DNA from: a virus
Length of the DNA: 64,000 nt
Reading direction: 5' to 3' (one strand)
Virus record (IMG/VR): IMGVR_UViG_3300008050_000026
Span: 33,075 to 97,074 of that record
Part shown: positions 49,531 through 59,040 of the stretch, piece by piece
How positions within the stretch are numbered: position 1 is the first letter of the stretch
How the letters are laid out: the number at the start of each line of letters is the position of its first letter
The notes under the pieces: generated by a model
Told to the model about the DNA's origin: nothing
The model's input: the letters and a program-made list of their open reading frames with translations, nothing else
Database searches by the model: none
Translations under genes and position numbers: made by a program

Positions 49531-50150
49531 TGGCATGTTATTTGATAAGGGATAAAGAAGGCAATCCAAAAGTTGGGTTCATCCACATCTATAAGAATGG
49601 TGGAATGTCTGTAAGAAAAGAAATTGATAGGATATGCAAAGACCGAGGGTATACTCAGGAAGTTGTTGCCCAAGATGAAGGATCTTTATTTCTGAATAAA
49701 CAGGCTTTTGAACATTGGGGAGATGATTGGGGGCATGCATATAAGTTTGCAATTGTCCGATTACCTTATTCAAGAATGGTTTCATTGTATCATTTCATAA
49801 TTCAAAGAAAACAAAAACCTTTGTTTGATATGATCAAAGGAAAAAGTTTCAAGCAATTCATGCAAATGACATTTGAACATAAAACTGGAGCTAATGTAAA
49901 GCAAAAGGATTATGTTCTGGTTGACAACGTGATGCGTGTTCAACATATATGCCACCTTGAAACACTTGAACAGGATCTGAAAGTTGTAAATGCACAAACA
50001 GGTCTTGATTTTAAGATCAAACATGACAACAAGTCTCAACACAAACACTGGTCTCAGTATTTTCCAAAATCAGTATTGAATGCTACTTTTAAGTTCTTCA
50101 AAGAAGACTTCGAGCTATTCGGATACACAAAACAAGGAAACCTATCATGA
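49530..50150 (+). CDS. sulfotransferase family protein
   Basis: 5'-PSB-like FIHIYKNGGMS; 3'-PB-like VRLPYSRMVSLY; 'LETLEQD'; C-terminal 'EDFELFGY'. Confidence 0.8.
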   Translation: MACYLIRDKEGNPKVGFIHIYKNGGMSVRKEIDRICKDRGYTQEVVAQDEGSLFLNKQAFEHWGDDWGHAYKFAIVRLPYSRMVSLYHFIIQRKQKPLFDMIKGKSFKQFMQMTFEHKTGANVKQKDYVLVDNVMRVQHICHLETLEQDLKVVNAQTGLDFKIKHDNKSQHKHWSQYFPKSVLNATFKFFKEDFELFGYTKQGNLS

Positions 50151-51076
50151 AGAAAACATCAAGGATTTTAGTAATTGGTGCCAATGGGATGGTTGGGTCT
50201 TCTTTAATGAGATTTTTGAAAAGAAAAGGTTTCAAATCTGTAATAGGTTCAACAAGGGATGATACTAATTTATTAGACTTGAAGCAGGTATCGTCTATGT
50301 ACAGAATGGCATCTGCAGAATATGTTTTCATGTGTGCAGGTAAAGTAGGAGGTATAAAGGCTAATAACGAGCAACGTGTGGAGTTCATGGAACAAAACAC
50401 ATTGATAGCAATAAATACTATTTCACAGGCATACGCTCAAGGTGTAAAGAAATTCTTGTATTTGGGATCTTCTTGTGTATATCCAAGATCTGTGGATACA
50501 CCTATTGCTGAAAGTTCTTTATTATCAGGTCCTTTGGAACAAACAAACGAACCTTACGCTTTGGCTAAAATACTTGGTATCAAGTTATGTGAAAACTATC
50601 GTTCTCAACATAACGCTGATTTCATTTCATGCATGCCTTGTAATTTATATGGCCCAGGTGATAATTATGATCTTGACTCAAGCCATGTGATGGCAGCAAT
50701 GATCAGAAAATTACATTATGCAAAAGAGGAAAATCTGAATGAAGTTACTTTTTGGGGTACTGGAAATCCTCTTCGTGAATTTGTTTATGTTGATGATCTT
50801 GCTGAAGCACTTCAGTTCTTAATGGAAAACTATTCTGAACAAGAAACAATAAACGTAGGTGCATACAGTGATTTTCATATAAAAGATCTTGCTGAAGTTG
50901 TTGCTAAGGTTATTGGATATGAAGGTGCAATTGAATTTGATCATGTTCATCCAGATGGAACTATGAGAAAAAAGGTTTCAACATCTAAAATGTCAAAACT
51001 TGGATGGACACCTAAGACAATGATTTTTGATGGAATAAAAAGAACTTACGAACAATACATAAAAACGTTAAAATGA
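50147..51076 (+). CDS. fcl: GDP-L-fucose synthase
   Basis: GANGMVG, AGKVGGI, LGSSCVYP, NEPYALAK, MPCNLYGPGDNY, SHV, WGTGNPLREF. Confidence 0.95.
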   Translation: MKKTSRILVIGANGMVGSSLMRFLKRKGFKSVIGSTRDDTNLLDLKQVSSMYRMASAEYVFMCAGKVGGIKANNEQRVEFMEQNTLIAINTISQAYAQGVKKFLYLGSSCVYPRSVDTPIAESSLLSGPLEQTNEPYALAKILGIKLCENYRSQHNADFISCMPCNLYGPGDNYDLDSSHVMAAMIRKLHYAKEENLNEVTFWGTGNPLREFVYVDDLAEALQFLMENYSEQETINVGAYSDFHIKDLAEVVAKVIGYEGAIEFDHVHPDGTMRKKVSTSKMSKLGWTPKTMIFDGIKRTYEQYIKTLK

Positions 51077-52068
51077 AAATAGCATTGATCTATGGTGTTA
51101 CAGGAATGGATGGTTCACATCTTGCTGAACTATTATTGGAAAAGGAATATGTCGTACACGGCGTAATAAGAAGATCTTCTTCTTTTAATACTGGGAGAAT
51201 TGATCATATAATCAAGGATTTGAATTTGCATTACGGGGATATTACAGATCCAAATTCTGTCAACAGTTTGATTAGTAAAATCCAACCAGATGAAATCTAT
51301 AATTTAGCGGCTCAATCTCATGTGGCTGTTTCATTTGAAATGCCTAACTATACAGGGCAGGTTGATGCAATGGGAACTACAAACATACTTGAAGCAGTAA
51401 GAAATTTGTCTCACCATTCAAAGTTCTATCAAGCATCAACATCTGAGTTATTTGGAAAAGTTGTTGAAACACCTCAAAAAGAAACAACTCCCTTTTACCC
51501 ACGAAGTCCATACGCTGTTGCCAAACTATATGGATATTGGATTACAAAAAATTATCGTGAAGCGTATGATTTGTTCGTTTGTAATGGTATTTTGTTCAAT
51601 CATACGGGTCCAAGACGCGGGGGAACCTTTGTAGAGAAGAAAATTGTTGATGGATTATGCAAATTCATTGAAGGAGGGCGAGGAATAAGACTTGGGAACA
51701 TCTATTCCAAGCGAGATATTGGTTTTGCACCTGAATATGTGGAAGGTATGTGGCGAATGCTTCAACAAGATGATCCTGATGACTACGTTCTTTCAACTGG
51801 GATTACAACTACAATAAAGGATATTGTAATTGAAGTCCTTTCGATTTTAGGAATAGAACATAAGTGGTTAGGTGAAGGCTTAAATGAAATTTGTGTTGAA
51901 AAAGGAACAGACAAAATAATCGTATCAATTGATGAGAGGTATTTCAGACCAACAGAAGTTGACTTATTACTTGGTGATAATTCAAAAGCAAAAGAGAAAT
52001 TAGGTTGGGAACCTACATACGATCTGAATAAGATACTTCATACAATGATAAAAATGGCACAGGAATGA
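51073..52068 (+). CDS. gmd: GDP-mannose 4,6-dehydratase
   Basis: GVTGMDGS, YNLAAQSHV, FYQASTSELFG, FYPRSPYAVAK, GILFNH, YFRPTEVDLLLGD. Confidence 0.96.
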   Translation: MKIALIYGVTGMDGSHLAELLLEKEYVVHGVIRRSSSFNTGRIDHIIKDLNLHYGDITDPNSVNSLISKIQPDEIYNLAAQSHVAVSFEMPNYTGQVDAMGTTNILEAVRNLSHHSKFYQASTSELFGKVVETPQKETTPFYPRSPYAVAKLYGYWITKNYREAYDLFVCNGILFNHTGPRRGGTFVEKKIVDGLCKFIEGGRGIRLGNIYSKRDIGFAPEYVEGMWRMLQQDDPDDYVLSTGITTTIKDIVIEVLSILGIEHKWLGEGLNEICVEKGTDKIIVSIDERYFRPTEVDLLLGDNSKAKEKLGWEPTYDLNKILHTMIKMAQE

Positions 52069-53522
52069 TTGCTGTAGACAAGGAACTTGAAATTGAGTTG
52101 CTTAAGGAGGTATACAAACGAAGCTATTATGAATTTTTCAAAGATGCTTTCGCTTTATTACACCCAGGGGAACCTTATGATGACAATTGGCATATTGAAC
52201 ACTTATGTAATAGATTACAGCAGGAGTTATTCAGGATAAGAGCTCGAAAGAAAAGGCAACGCGATATCATTGTAAATATGCCTTTTAGATCAAGTAAAAG
52301 TTTGATCGTCACAGTAATATATCCTGCATGGGTCTGGTCTCAGGATCCTCAAGTAAAATTTATATGCACATCATTCTCCGATCCACTTTCATTAGAACAT
52401 GCTTCAAGATCAAGAACCTTGATAATGTCAGAATGGTATCAAACGCTATATGGTGACAAGGTTATTTTAAGATCAGATGAAAACACGAAATCGTTCTTCT
52501 CAACTGATCGTTATGGATTTAGAAAATCTGTAGGTACTGGTGGACAAATTACAGGATCAGGTTCTGACATCATAATAATTGATGATCCACAAAATCCTAA
52601 GAAAGCATCATCGGAAGTTGAACGACAGAATACTATTGATTTTTACGATTTTACATTATTCTCAAGATTGAACCAACCAGACATTGGAGTAAGAATAATC
52701 GTAATGCAAAGACTACATGAAGAAGATCTATCTGGACACTTAATTGAAACAAGACCCGATGATCATGAACACATTTGTTTTCCTGCTGAACTTACACCAA
52801 AAACAAGGGAATATGTTTCGCCTGAAAGTGTATTGAAACATTATCGCGATGGATTATTCTGGCATACAAGGTTCAGTAAAAAGCAACTTATTGCTTATGG
52901 TGCAGCTTTAGGATCAGTACAATATGCTGGACAACTTCAACAATTACCTGCACCAGAAGAAGGGAACATAATTAAACGAGATTGGTTTGAGATAGTTCCA
53001 GCGCATACTGTTGAAAGGGACGAATACAAGCATCCTATAAAGTTCTACCTTGATACAGCCGAAACAGAGAAACAAGAAGGTGATGCAACAGGAATTTGTG
53101 CATGTTTCAAAAAGGACAACAGGTTGTATATCACAAATGTGATCGAGGTCAGAAAAGAATTTCATCAACTCATTAAGTACATACCTGTTTTCGCTAAAGC
53201 AAATATGTATACAGGAGGTTCACAAATAAAGGTTGAACCAAAATCATCAGGTAAGTCAATTGTTTCTCAGTTAAGAACAGAAACTCAATTGAATATTTCT
53301 GAACTACCTGCACCAACAGATGATAAATTGACAAGAGCCACTGCTGTTACACCTATCATTGAAAGTGGTAGAGTTATTTTGATCCAAGGTGCATACTTAT
53401 CAAATTTCATGGCACAATTAACATCATTTCCAAACGCTAAACATGATGATATGTTTGATGCATTCATCCATGCAGTAACAGACCAGTTGGCTGGAGGGGA
53501 TTTTGACTTCGCATTTGTATGA
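52065..53522 (+). CDS. terL: terminase large subunit
   Basis: 'VNMPFRSSKS', 'ITGSGSDIIIIDDP', 'VMQRLHEEDL', 'QLQQLP'; RNase H-like 'LDTA', 'FPNAKHDDMFDA'. Confidence 0.92.
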   Translation: MIAVDKELEIELLKEVYKRSYYEFFKDAFALLHPGEPYDDNWHIEHLCNRLQQELFRIRARKKRQRDIIVNMPFRSSKSLIVTVIYPAWVWSQDPQVKFICTSFSDPLSLEHASRSRTLIMSEWYQTLYGDKVILRSDENTKSFFSTDRYGFRKSVGTGGQITGSGSDIIIIDDPQNPKKASSEVERQNTIDFYDFTLFSRLNQPDIGVRIIVMQRLHEEDLSGHLIETRPDDHEHICFPAELTPKTREYVSPESVLKHYRDGLFWHTRFSKKQLIAYGAALGSVQYAGQLQQLPAPEEGNIIKRDWFEIVPAHTVERDEYKHPIKFYLDTAETEKQEGDATGICACFKKDNRLYITNVIEVRKEFHQLIKYIPVFAKANMYTGGSQIKVEPKSSGKSIVSQLRTETQLNISELPAPTDDKLTRATAVTPIIESGRVILIQGAYLSNFMAQLTSFPNAKHDDMFDAFIHAVTDQLAGGDFDFAFV

Positions 53523-54436
53523 TAACACAAGACGACATACAGGCATATTCAGATAGACGAAAAGAGCTATTGAATAACAAGGCATTCAAGTCTGAATGTG
53601 GAAAATGCAATGGTGCAGGGGTGGTAATAAAGAAACGAGGAGGGGCTAAGAATAATATCTTCAGAAAATGTTCAATCTGTAGAGGATCTGGTGAAATAAC
53701 AAAAAAGGAATTTGGTGCTAAGACTATTGCTTTATCTGAGTTGTTCTATAAAGGATATACAAGGAGTGATTTGAGGCACATGCTGATAAAAACTTTCAGG
53801 TTAAATCCAGCAACTGCTGAAATGGATGTATCACGTGCTTTTCATTATATTGAAAACGAACATTCTACAAATAAAAAGGATGTCCTGTCAATTCATTACA
53901 GGAGGTATGAAAGGATCTTCAGAAAATATGCTGAATTAGATATTGAATTGGTGCCAAAACATTTACGTGGTTTGAGAATGTTTGAAGCGCTGTCAATAAT
54001 GATCGAAACCCTTCAATCAAAAGAACGTGCATTTGGAATGCATGCACAGAATTTTTCACTTAAGATCAACCAATTCAACATAGCACAAAAGAAAGTAGCA
54101 ACAAGAAATAAGTATGACTTCAAAAAATTATCATTGGAGGAACTCGTTGAAATCAAAACACTGATTGATGTTGCTAAGAAAAGAACTCAAGCAAGCATGG
54201 TTGTTGACTCAGATGTGGCTGCAGATATGGAGTTTGAAAAGATGACAAGCGCTAAAAGGCGAAAAGAAGAGGTTGAATACGATCATCCAATTCAAAAAGT
54301 AAAGACAAAAAAGCATCGAAAGGAAAAGGAATTTCAACATGTTCCTATGAAGACTGCTGATGATATTAAGAAAAAAATCAACGAGAGCTTAAAAAATAGT
54401 ATTATTGTTAGTATGAATAAGAAGAAAAATGGCTGA
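53519..54436 (+). CDS. putative terminase small subunit-like protein (paralogue B) with DnaJ-type Zn finger
   Basis: CGKCNGAG...CSICRGSG; 'IHYRRYERIF...LQSKERAFGM...INQFN'; 'YDFKKLSLEEL'. Confidence 0.5.
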   Translation: MITQDDIQAYSDRRKELLNNKAFKSECGKCNGAGVVIKKRGGAKNNIFRKCSICRGSGEITKKEFGAKTIALSELFYKGYTRSDLRHMLIKTFRLNPATAEMDVSRAFHYIENEHSTNKKDVLSIHYRRYERIFRKYAELDIELVPKHLRGLRMFEALSIMIETLQSKERAFGMHAQNFSLKINQFNIAQKKVATRNKYDFKKLSLEELVEIKTLIDVAKKRTQASMVVDSDVAADMEFEKMTSAKRRKEEVEYDHPIQKVKTKKHRKEKEFQHVPMKTADDIKKKINESLKNSIIVSMNKKKNG

Positions 54437-54965
54437 AAAAACAGAACTTCGAGATAAAGTTAGACCTTTTGTATTATCACTTACTAACAAGGTAAGTGAT
54501 CAACGGTGGGGAGTTACACCTGAAACACTGGTAAATATTAGTAGAGGAGCATTTGATCTTTACAAAGATATTTTATCTGAAGGTGATCGTGATCTACTTG
54601 GTGCTGTGATCATGCTATTCTTCATACCTGATGATTACAAAATTGATTACATCGATGTTAGAAATGACGTAAGCATTGAAGTTGGAAGAATACTTGAAAC
54701 TGCAAAAACAATTACTACTGATACAATCAAAGGTGATTATGATCAAAATTTCATTTTTTTGATTTCAGAAATCATTCAAGGTAATATCATAAAAATGACT
54801 GATCCAACTTTGTATGGTACGAAGCAGGCAGCATATCCAGCACTTAGGGCTATTCATTCTCGTTCAGATCAACAAGTTCTCATATCAACCCTTGACGTTA
54901 TTTATCTATACTCAGAGTCAAGTGTATCAGTTTCATCCTCAGGATCCAGTGTTAGCACACCTTGA
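54429..54965 (+). CDS. hypothetical protein, possible inactive HD-domain paralogue with Ser-rich tail
   Basis: Gapless pattern similarity to 60692..61201 without the catalytic HD; ends SESSVSVSSSGSSVSTP. Confidence 0.5.
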   Translation: MAEKTELRDKVRPFVLSLTNKVSDQRWGVTPETLVNISRGAFDLYKDILSEGDRDLLGAVIMLFFIPDDYKIDYIDVRNDVSIEVGRILETAKTITTDTIKGDYDQNFIFLISEIIQGNIIKMTDPTLYGTKQAAYPALRAIHSRSDQQVLISTLDVIYLYSESSVSVSSSGSSVSTP

Positions 54966-55531
54966 TGGAAATAGGTCAATGTAAAAAATGTCCAACAGGA
55001 CAAAAGAAACCCATAGTTAATAGAACACATTGGTTGTGTGATGATCATAATTATATGAGGCTTCATGGTGGTAAAACACGTCATGAGGCTCAGTTGGAGA
55101 AGGCTAAGGCTCAACAAAAGGTAAGGAAACCAATTGTATTCAAAAAGACACCCAGAAAACCTATAAAAAGGAGGAAAAGACCTATTGATGTTGAGTATTC
55201 AATTTTGATAAGAGAAATCGCAAGTGAAAGGGAAAAAGTATGTACAGGTTGTGGTAGACCCCAAGGAGGTGACATAAGACTTTCAAATAGTCATCTCATT
55301 TCAAGAAAGCATTGTCAGGAAATTGGACGTATGGATCTAATTGCTGATAAGAACAACATTACTTACCATTGTATGGACTTCGGAAATAACGAAGGTTGCC
55401 ATAGAAAATGGGAGGGTCCTCGAAAAATAGAGTTGCTTGATTACCACATGAACATGACGTATGTGAAATCTATTAACATTCAACTGTTCACAAGATTAAA
55501 AATTTCAGCGGAAAGTTTTTCTAATAAATAA
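54962..55531 (+). CDS. HNH/NinG-like zinc-binding nuclease
   Basis: CTGC...SHLISR...NITYHC...CHRKWE; extra N-terminal CKKC...CDDH. Confidence 0.65.
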   Translation: MMEIGQCKKCPTGQKKPIVNRTHWLCDDHNYMRLHGGKTRHEAQLEKAKAQQKVRKPIVFKKTPRKPIKRRKRPIDVEYSILIREIASEREKVCTGCGRPQGGDIRLSNSHLISRKHCQEIGRMDLIADKNNITYHCMDFGNNEGCHRKWEGPRKIELLDYHMNMTYVKSINIQLFTRLKISAESFSNK

Positions 55532-55547
55532 AATTTTATTATTTTTG
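55526..55547 (+). promoter_or_regulatory. conserved 22-bp phage promoter motif
   Basis: AAATAA-AATT-TTATTA-TTTTTG. Confidence 0.7.
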
Positions 55548-55590
55548 TGTACGAACAACAAATAATCGTTCATTATTGAAGTAACTGAAG

Positions 55591-55812
55591 ATGAGATTGA
55601 ATTCAAACGAATACACATTTGAAACACTGGTTGAGCATCTTACCGAAAAACATGGTAAGAAATCAACAGGTGAGGATTTTAATAAGAGCGATGTAGCTCA
55701 GTATTTGATACGAGGAAAACTCCCAAAAAAGTATGGTGGTCATAAGATTGAGAAATCTTCTCAACACGGTATTGCTATCATCACTATGTCAAAGGCAAAA
55801 GTTGATGCTTAA
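55591..55812 (+). CDS. small putative DNA-binding protein
   Basis: 73 aa; 'FNKSDVAQYLIRGKLP' HTH-like. Confidence 0.5.
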   Translation: MRLNSNEYTFETLVEHLTEKHGKKSTGEDFNKSDVAQYLIRGKLPKKYGGHKIEKSSQHGIAIITMSKAKVDA

Positions 55813-56515
55813 AAACCACACTTTTGTCTGTTTTGACTTCGAAACTGGAGGAGTTGATAAGAAAGAAAACAAACATGCTACAAAATTTCCTATCACTGAA
55901 GTGGGGATGGTTGCTTATGATATGAACTTTGAACATATCTGTGAGTATCGTGACTATATAAAAGGTCAGGAAATTGATGGTGTATATGTAGGCTATGATC
56001 CAGATCTTCATTATCAACAGGAAGCATTACGTTATACTGGTATTACAATTGAAAAACTTGAGAACGAAGGAATTGATTACAAACAGGTAGTCAAGAACAT
56101 AGTTAATGTATTCAAACAGGCTGATGCTGGAGCAAGATATAAGAAACCAATTCTTGTAGGACACAATGTTGCCTATGATGTTGGATTTCTTCTGTACTTA
56201 TTTGCTTACGCTAAGGTTGATCTCAGTAAACTTGTAGCAGGATACTTTGATCATTTCGATACATTTCATCCAACATTTTTGGATACCATGTATATGAGTA
56301 GAATTAGTGATCCACATAATCGGTTGAAACATGGACTTGGGGATGCTTGTAAGCGAGCAGAAATTGAATTGTTTGATGCTCACACTGCTTTAGCGGATAC
56401 AAAGGCAACGGCAAAACTTCATCAGTGGTTCACAACTCGAATGAGGTCTGGATCTACAGAAGCAGTTGAAACGACAGAAAATAGAACACGTGACCATTTC
56501 AAAATAGAAGGATGA
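55805..56515 (+). CDS. DEDDh 3'-5' exonuclease (Pol III epsilon-like)
   Basis: FDFETGG, VGHNVAYD, LDT, HTALAD. Confidence 0.9.
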   Translation: MLKNHTFVCFDFETGGVDKKENKHATKFPITEVGMVAYDMNFEHICEYRDYIKGQEIDGVYVGYDPDLHYQQEALRYTGITIEKLENEGIDYKQVVKNIVNVFKQADAGARYKKPILVGHNVAYDVGFLLYLFAYAKVDLSKLVAGYFDHFDTFHPTFLDTMYMSRISDPHNRLKHGLGDACKRAEIELFDAHTALADTKATAKLHQWFTTRMRSGSTEAVETTENRTRDHFKIEG

Positions 56516-56820
56516 ACAGAAAAAACAAATTGCCAAAACCTATTGGCCAACTTCATGGGTATAAATTCAGAAACATCGGTGGAGGTATATTCATCTTCGC
56601 TGGTAAGAAATCTTTGTCAAAAGATAATCCTCCAAAAGGTTTTTTCAATCTTGGAAATGCAAAGAAATATGTTGAAGTTCTCATGTCTGAAAAGAATGAC
56701 ACAAAGTTAATTGAAACAGCAACAAATCCTTATCTATCAAGTTTAGGGTCAGCAAGAAAAAGACTTGAAGAATATAAGAAAACAAAAAAATCGTTAAGAA
56801 ATGCGCATAGACCTATCTAA
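56512..56820 (+). CDS. hypothetical basic protein
   Basis: 102-aa coupled ORF. Confidence 0.55.
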   Translation: MNRKNKLPKPIGQLHGYKFRNIGGGIFIFAGKKSLSKDNPPKGFFNLGNAKKYVEVLMSEKNDTKLIETATNPYLSSLGSARKRLEEYKKTKKSLRNAHRPI

Positions 56821-58378
56821 AAGGCTTTACAATCTATTAAGAAAAGAGCCTCATTCACTCATTCATGGTTACTATGATTATGACAACAACAAGATCGATG
56901 ATCGTGTAGAGTCATTAAATCTTGCTGAATTTAATCAGCCAAAAATTGAGAAGTTCATTGCTGCTATTGAAAAGGCAAATCATCCATCTTTCAAAACACC
57001 CTTGCGTCAATGTAAAAAATGGCTTGAAGTTCTCAAAGATCCATTGAATACATCTGTAGGTTCAGTATCTGGTTTCAAAACTGTAATGGAAACCTATGTG
57101 AAACAAACAAAGTCTGGATACATATACAGTTTGAATGAGGATGGAAATTATATGCCATATTGTATTGAGGAGGTAAAAGCTACTCGAGATGATGATGATG
57201 GTTATTATGTATTCATCAAAACAAAATACATTGGTACTTCACTTGATCGTGACGAATGGTCCTCAAGGAGCAAAAGCTTTGAAGAAAAATCAAGATATTT
57301 TTATTTCTATGGTGATGCATTTGATGAGAAACTATCATTGATTGATATTCTTTCAAAACAAAATCTTCATATCGAAACCCAAGAATACATAGATAATTAT
57401 GCTATGCAAATTGAGGATTTCAAAATACTAATAAATAAAGGCCAGAACAAACAATACAGAGGATTAGGTTCAGCTTTGGTTTCTGATGGTGATAGATGGT
57501 ATGCGAGAAACCGATGGATTTCAATTGATAGTAATGTTATACTTGATGCAATTCCAGATGAATTGAAAAGGAAAGCAACTGTTTCAGGTAAGAAAAGACG
57601 TATACCAATTCATCCATATTTCAAATGCTTTGATCTACAAACTCATAAGTGGTGTTTGCTTCATCCAAATTCATTAGAGGATTATGAATATAGTAAGGAG
57701 CAAATGGATAAGCTCGTCCTTGATCAAGATCTAAAAGATACGTTGAATAAGGTTCTTGCAAGTGAAGCCAAATTCAATGACATCATAGCAAATAAAGGAA
57801 AGGCTATGATTGTTTTATCAACAGGAGTACCCGGAGTTGGTAAGACACTAACTGCAGAGGTCTATTCCGAATACCATGAAATGCCATTGTACAAGGTTCA
57901 AGCCTCAAGTCTTGGTAGTAAACCAGAGGACATTGAAAAGAATTTGAAGATCACACTTGAAAGGGCATACAATTGGAATGCAGTTCTATTGATCGATGAA
58001 GCTGATACCTATGTAATGCAACGAGGAACTGATCTTGTTCAAAATGTCATCGTGGGAATATTCCTAAGATTGCTTGAATATTACAATGGTGTCCTGTTCA
58101 TGACTTCAAATCGAGTTGATGAAATTGACAATGCAATCAGGAGTAGATCTACATTGGTTATCAATTATCAACTTCCAAATGATAATCAAAGACACGAAAT
58201 TTATAAGATCTTGTTGAAACAAAATGAATTTGAATATGATGAAAATGAATTGGTTCAAATACTTCCAAGTTCTGAAGGTGACTCTGGGCGAGACATCAAA
58301 AACATAATACACAAGTTATTACTTTTGGACCTTCCACTTAATTTGACTAATGTTGAAAAAGTAAAGAAATTCATGTAA
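56801..58378 (+). CDS. AAA+ ATPase
   Basis: GVPGVGKTLTAE, LLIDEAD, 'FLRLLEYYNGVLFMTSNR', 'IDNAIRSR', 'SGRDIKN'. Confidence 0.9.
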   Translation: MRIDLSKRLYNLLRKEPHSLIHGYYDYDNNKIDDRVESLNLAEFNQPKIEKFIAAIEKANHPSFKTPLRQCKKWLEVLKDPLNTSVGSVSGFKTVMETYVKQTKSGYIYSLNEDGNYMPYCIEEVKATRDDDDGYYVFIKTKYIGTSLDRDEWSSRSKSFEEKSRYFYFYGDAFDEKLSLIDILSKQNLHIETQEYIDNYAMQIEDFKILINKGQNKQYRGLGSALVSDGDRWYARNRWISIDSNVILDAIPDELKRKATVSGKKRRIPIHPYFKCFDLQTHKWCLLHPNSLEDYEYSKEQMDKLVLDQDLKDTLNKVLASEAKFNDIIANKGKAMIVLSTGVPGVGKTLTAEVYSEYHEMPLYKVQASSLGSKPEDIEKNLKITLERAYNWNAVLLIDEADTYVMQRGTDLVQNVIVGIFLRLLEYYNGVLFMTSNRVDEIDNAIRSRSTLVINYQLPNDNQRHEIYKILLKQNEFEYDENELVQILPSSEGDSGRDIKNIIHKLLLLDLPLNLTNVEKVKKFM

Positions 58379-59040
58379 TGGACAATTGGTTAAAAGAAAT
58401 CAAGAACAGTAACTTCAAGAAATATTCTCAATTTGGAGAAGAAGGACATCTGTTATTTATTCTTGCTCAAATTCCAGAATGTGGTAAAGACCAATTTCTT
58501 GTTGATATTGGTGCAGGTAAGAATTACTACCTCTCAAACACTAAACACTTCAAGGATATTGGATATTCAGGAATTTGGATTGATGGTGATATAAGTGAAT
58601 TGCATCCTGAAATCAAGCAACATTGGGTTACACGAGAGAACGTATGTGATCTACTTCAAATGTACAAATGTCCCCATGAGTTTGATTTGCTTTCAATTGA
58701 CCTTGATGGAAATGATCTATTCATACTTGAAAAGATCCTTGTTTATTACAGGCCAAGAGTTATTGTAGCTGAATTCAATGCTAATGTTCCTCATGGTGAA
58801 ATCAAAACGATAAAATATGATCCTCAACATGAGTGGGGAAAGGATGATTATTTTGGCTTCAGTTTTGAGGCAGGAAAGTTACTTGGAAAGATGTTTGGAT
58901 ATAAGATTGTCTACAACAATGCTGATCATAATCTTTTCTTCATAAGGGAAGATCTAATAGTTGGCCTTGAAGTACCTGAAATTACATACCACCACAGGCA
59001 GTGGCATAAGAAGTCTAACAGAAAAATGATTGACTGGTGA
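58378..59040 (+). CDS. FkbM-like SAM-dependent methyltransferase
   Basis: 'YSQFGEEG', 'VDIGAG', 'DLLSIDLDGND', 'PRVIVAEFN'. Confidence 0.78.
   Translation: MDNWLKEIKNSNFKKYSQFGEEGHLLFILAQIPECGKDQFLVDIGAGKNYYLSNTKHFKDIGYSGIWIDGDISELHPEIKQHWVTRENVCDLLQMYKCPHEFDLLSIDLDGNDLFILEKILVYYRPRVIVAEFNANVPHGEIKTIKYDPQHEWGKDDYFGFSFEAGKLLGKMFGYKIVYNNADHNLFFIREDLIVGLEVPEITYHHRQWHKKSNRKMIDW

Noticed and set aside
50147-52068. gmd/fcl as a host chromosomal O-antigen or capsule locus (prophage boundary or chimeric assembly)
   Set aside because: The genes overlap phage genes by ATGA/TAATG coupling on both sides, and no wzx/wzy or other host locus genes are present
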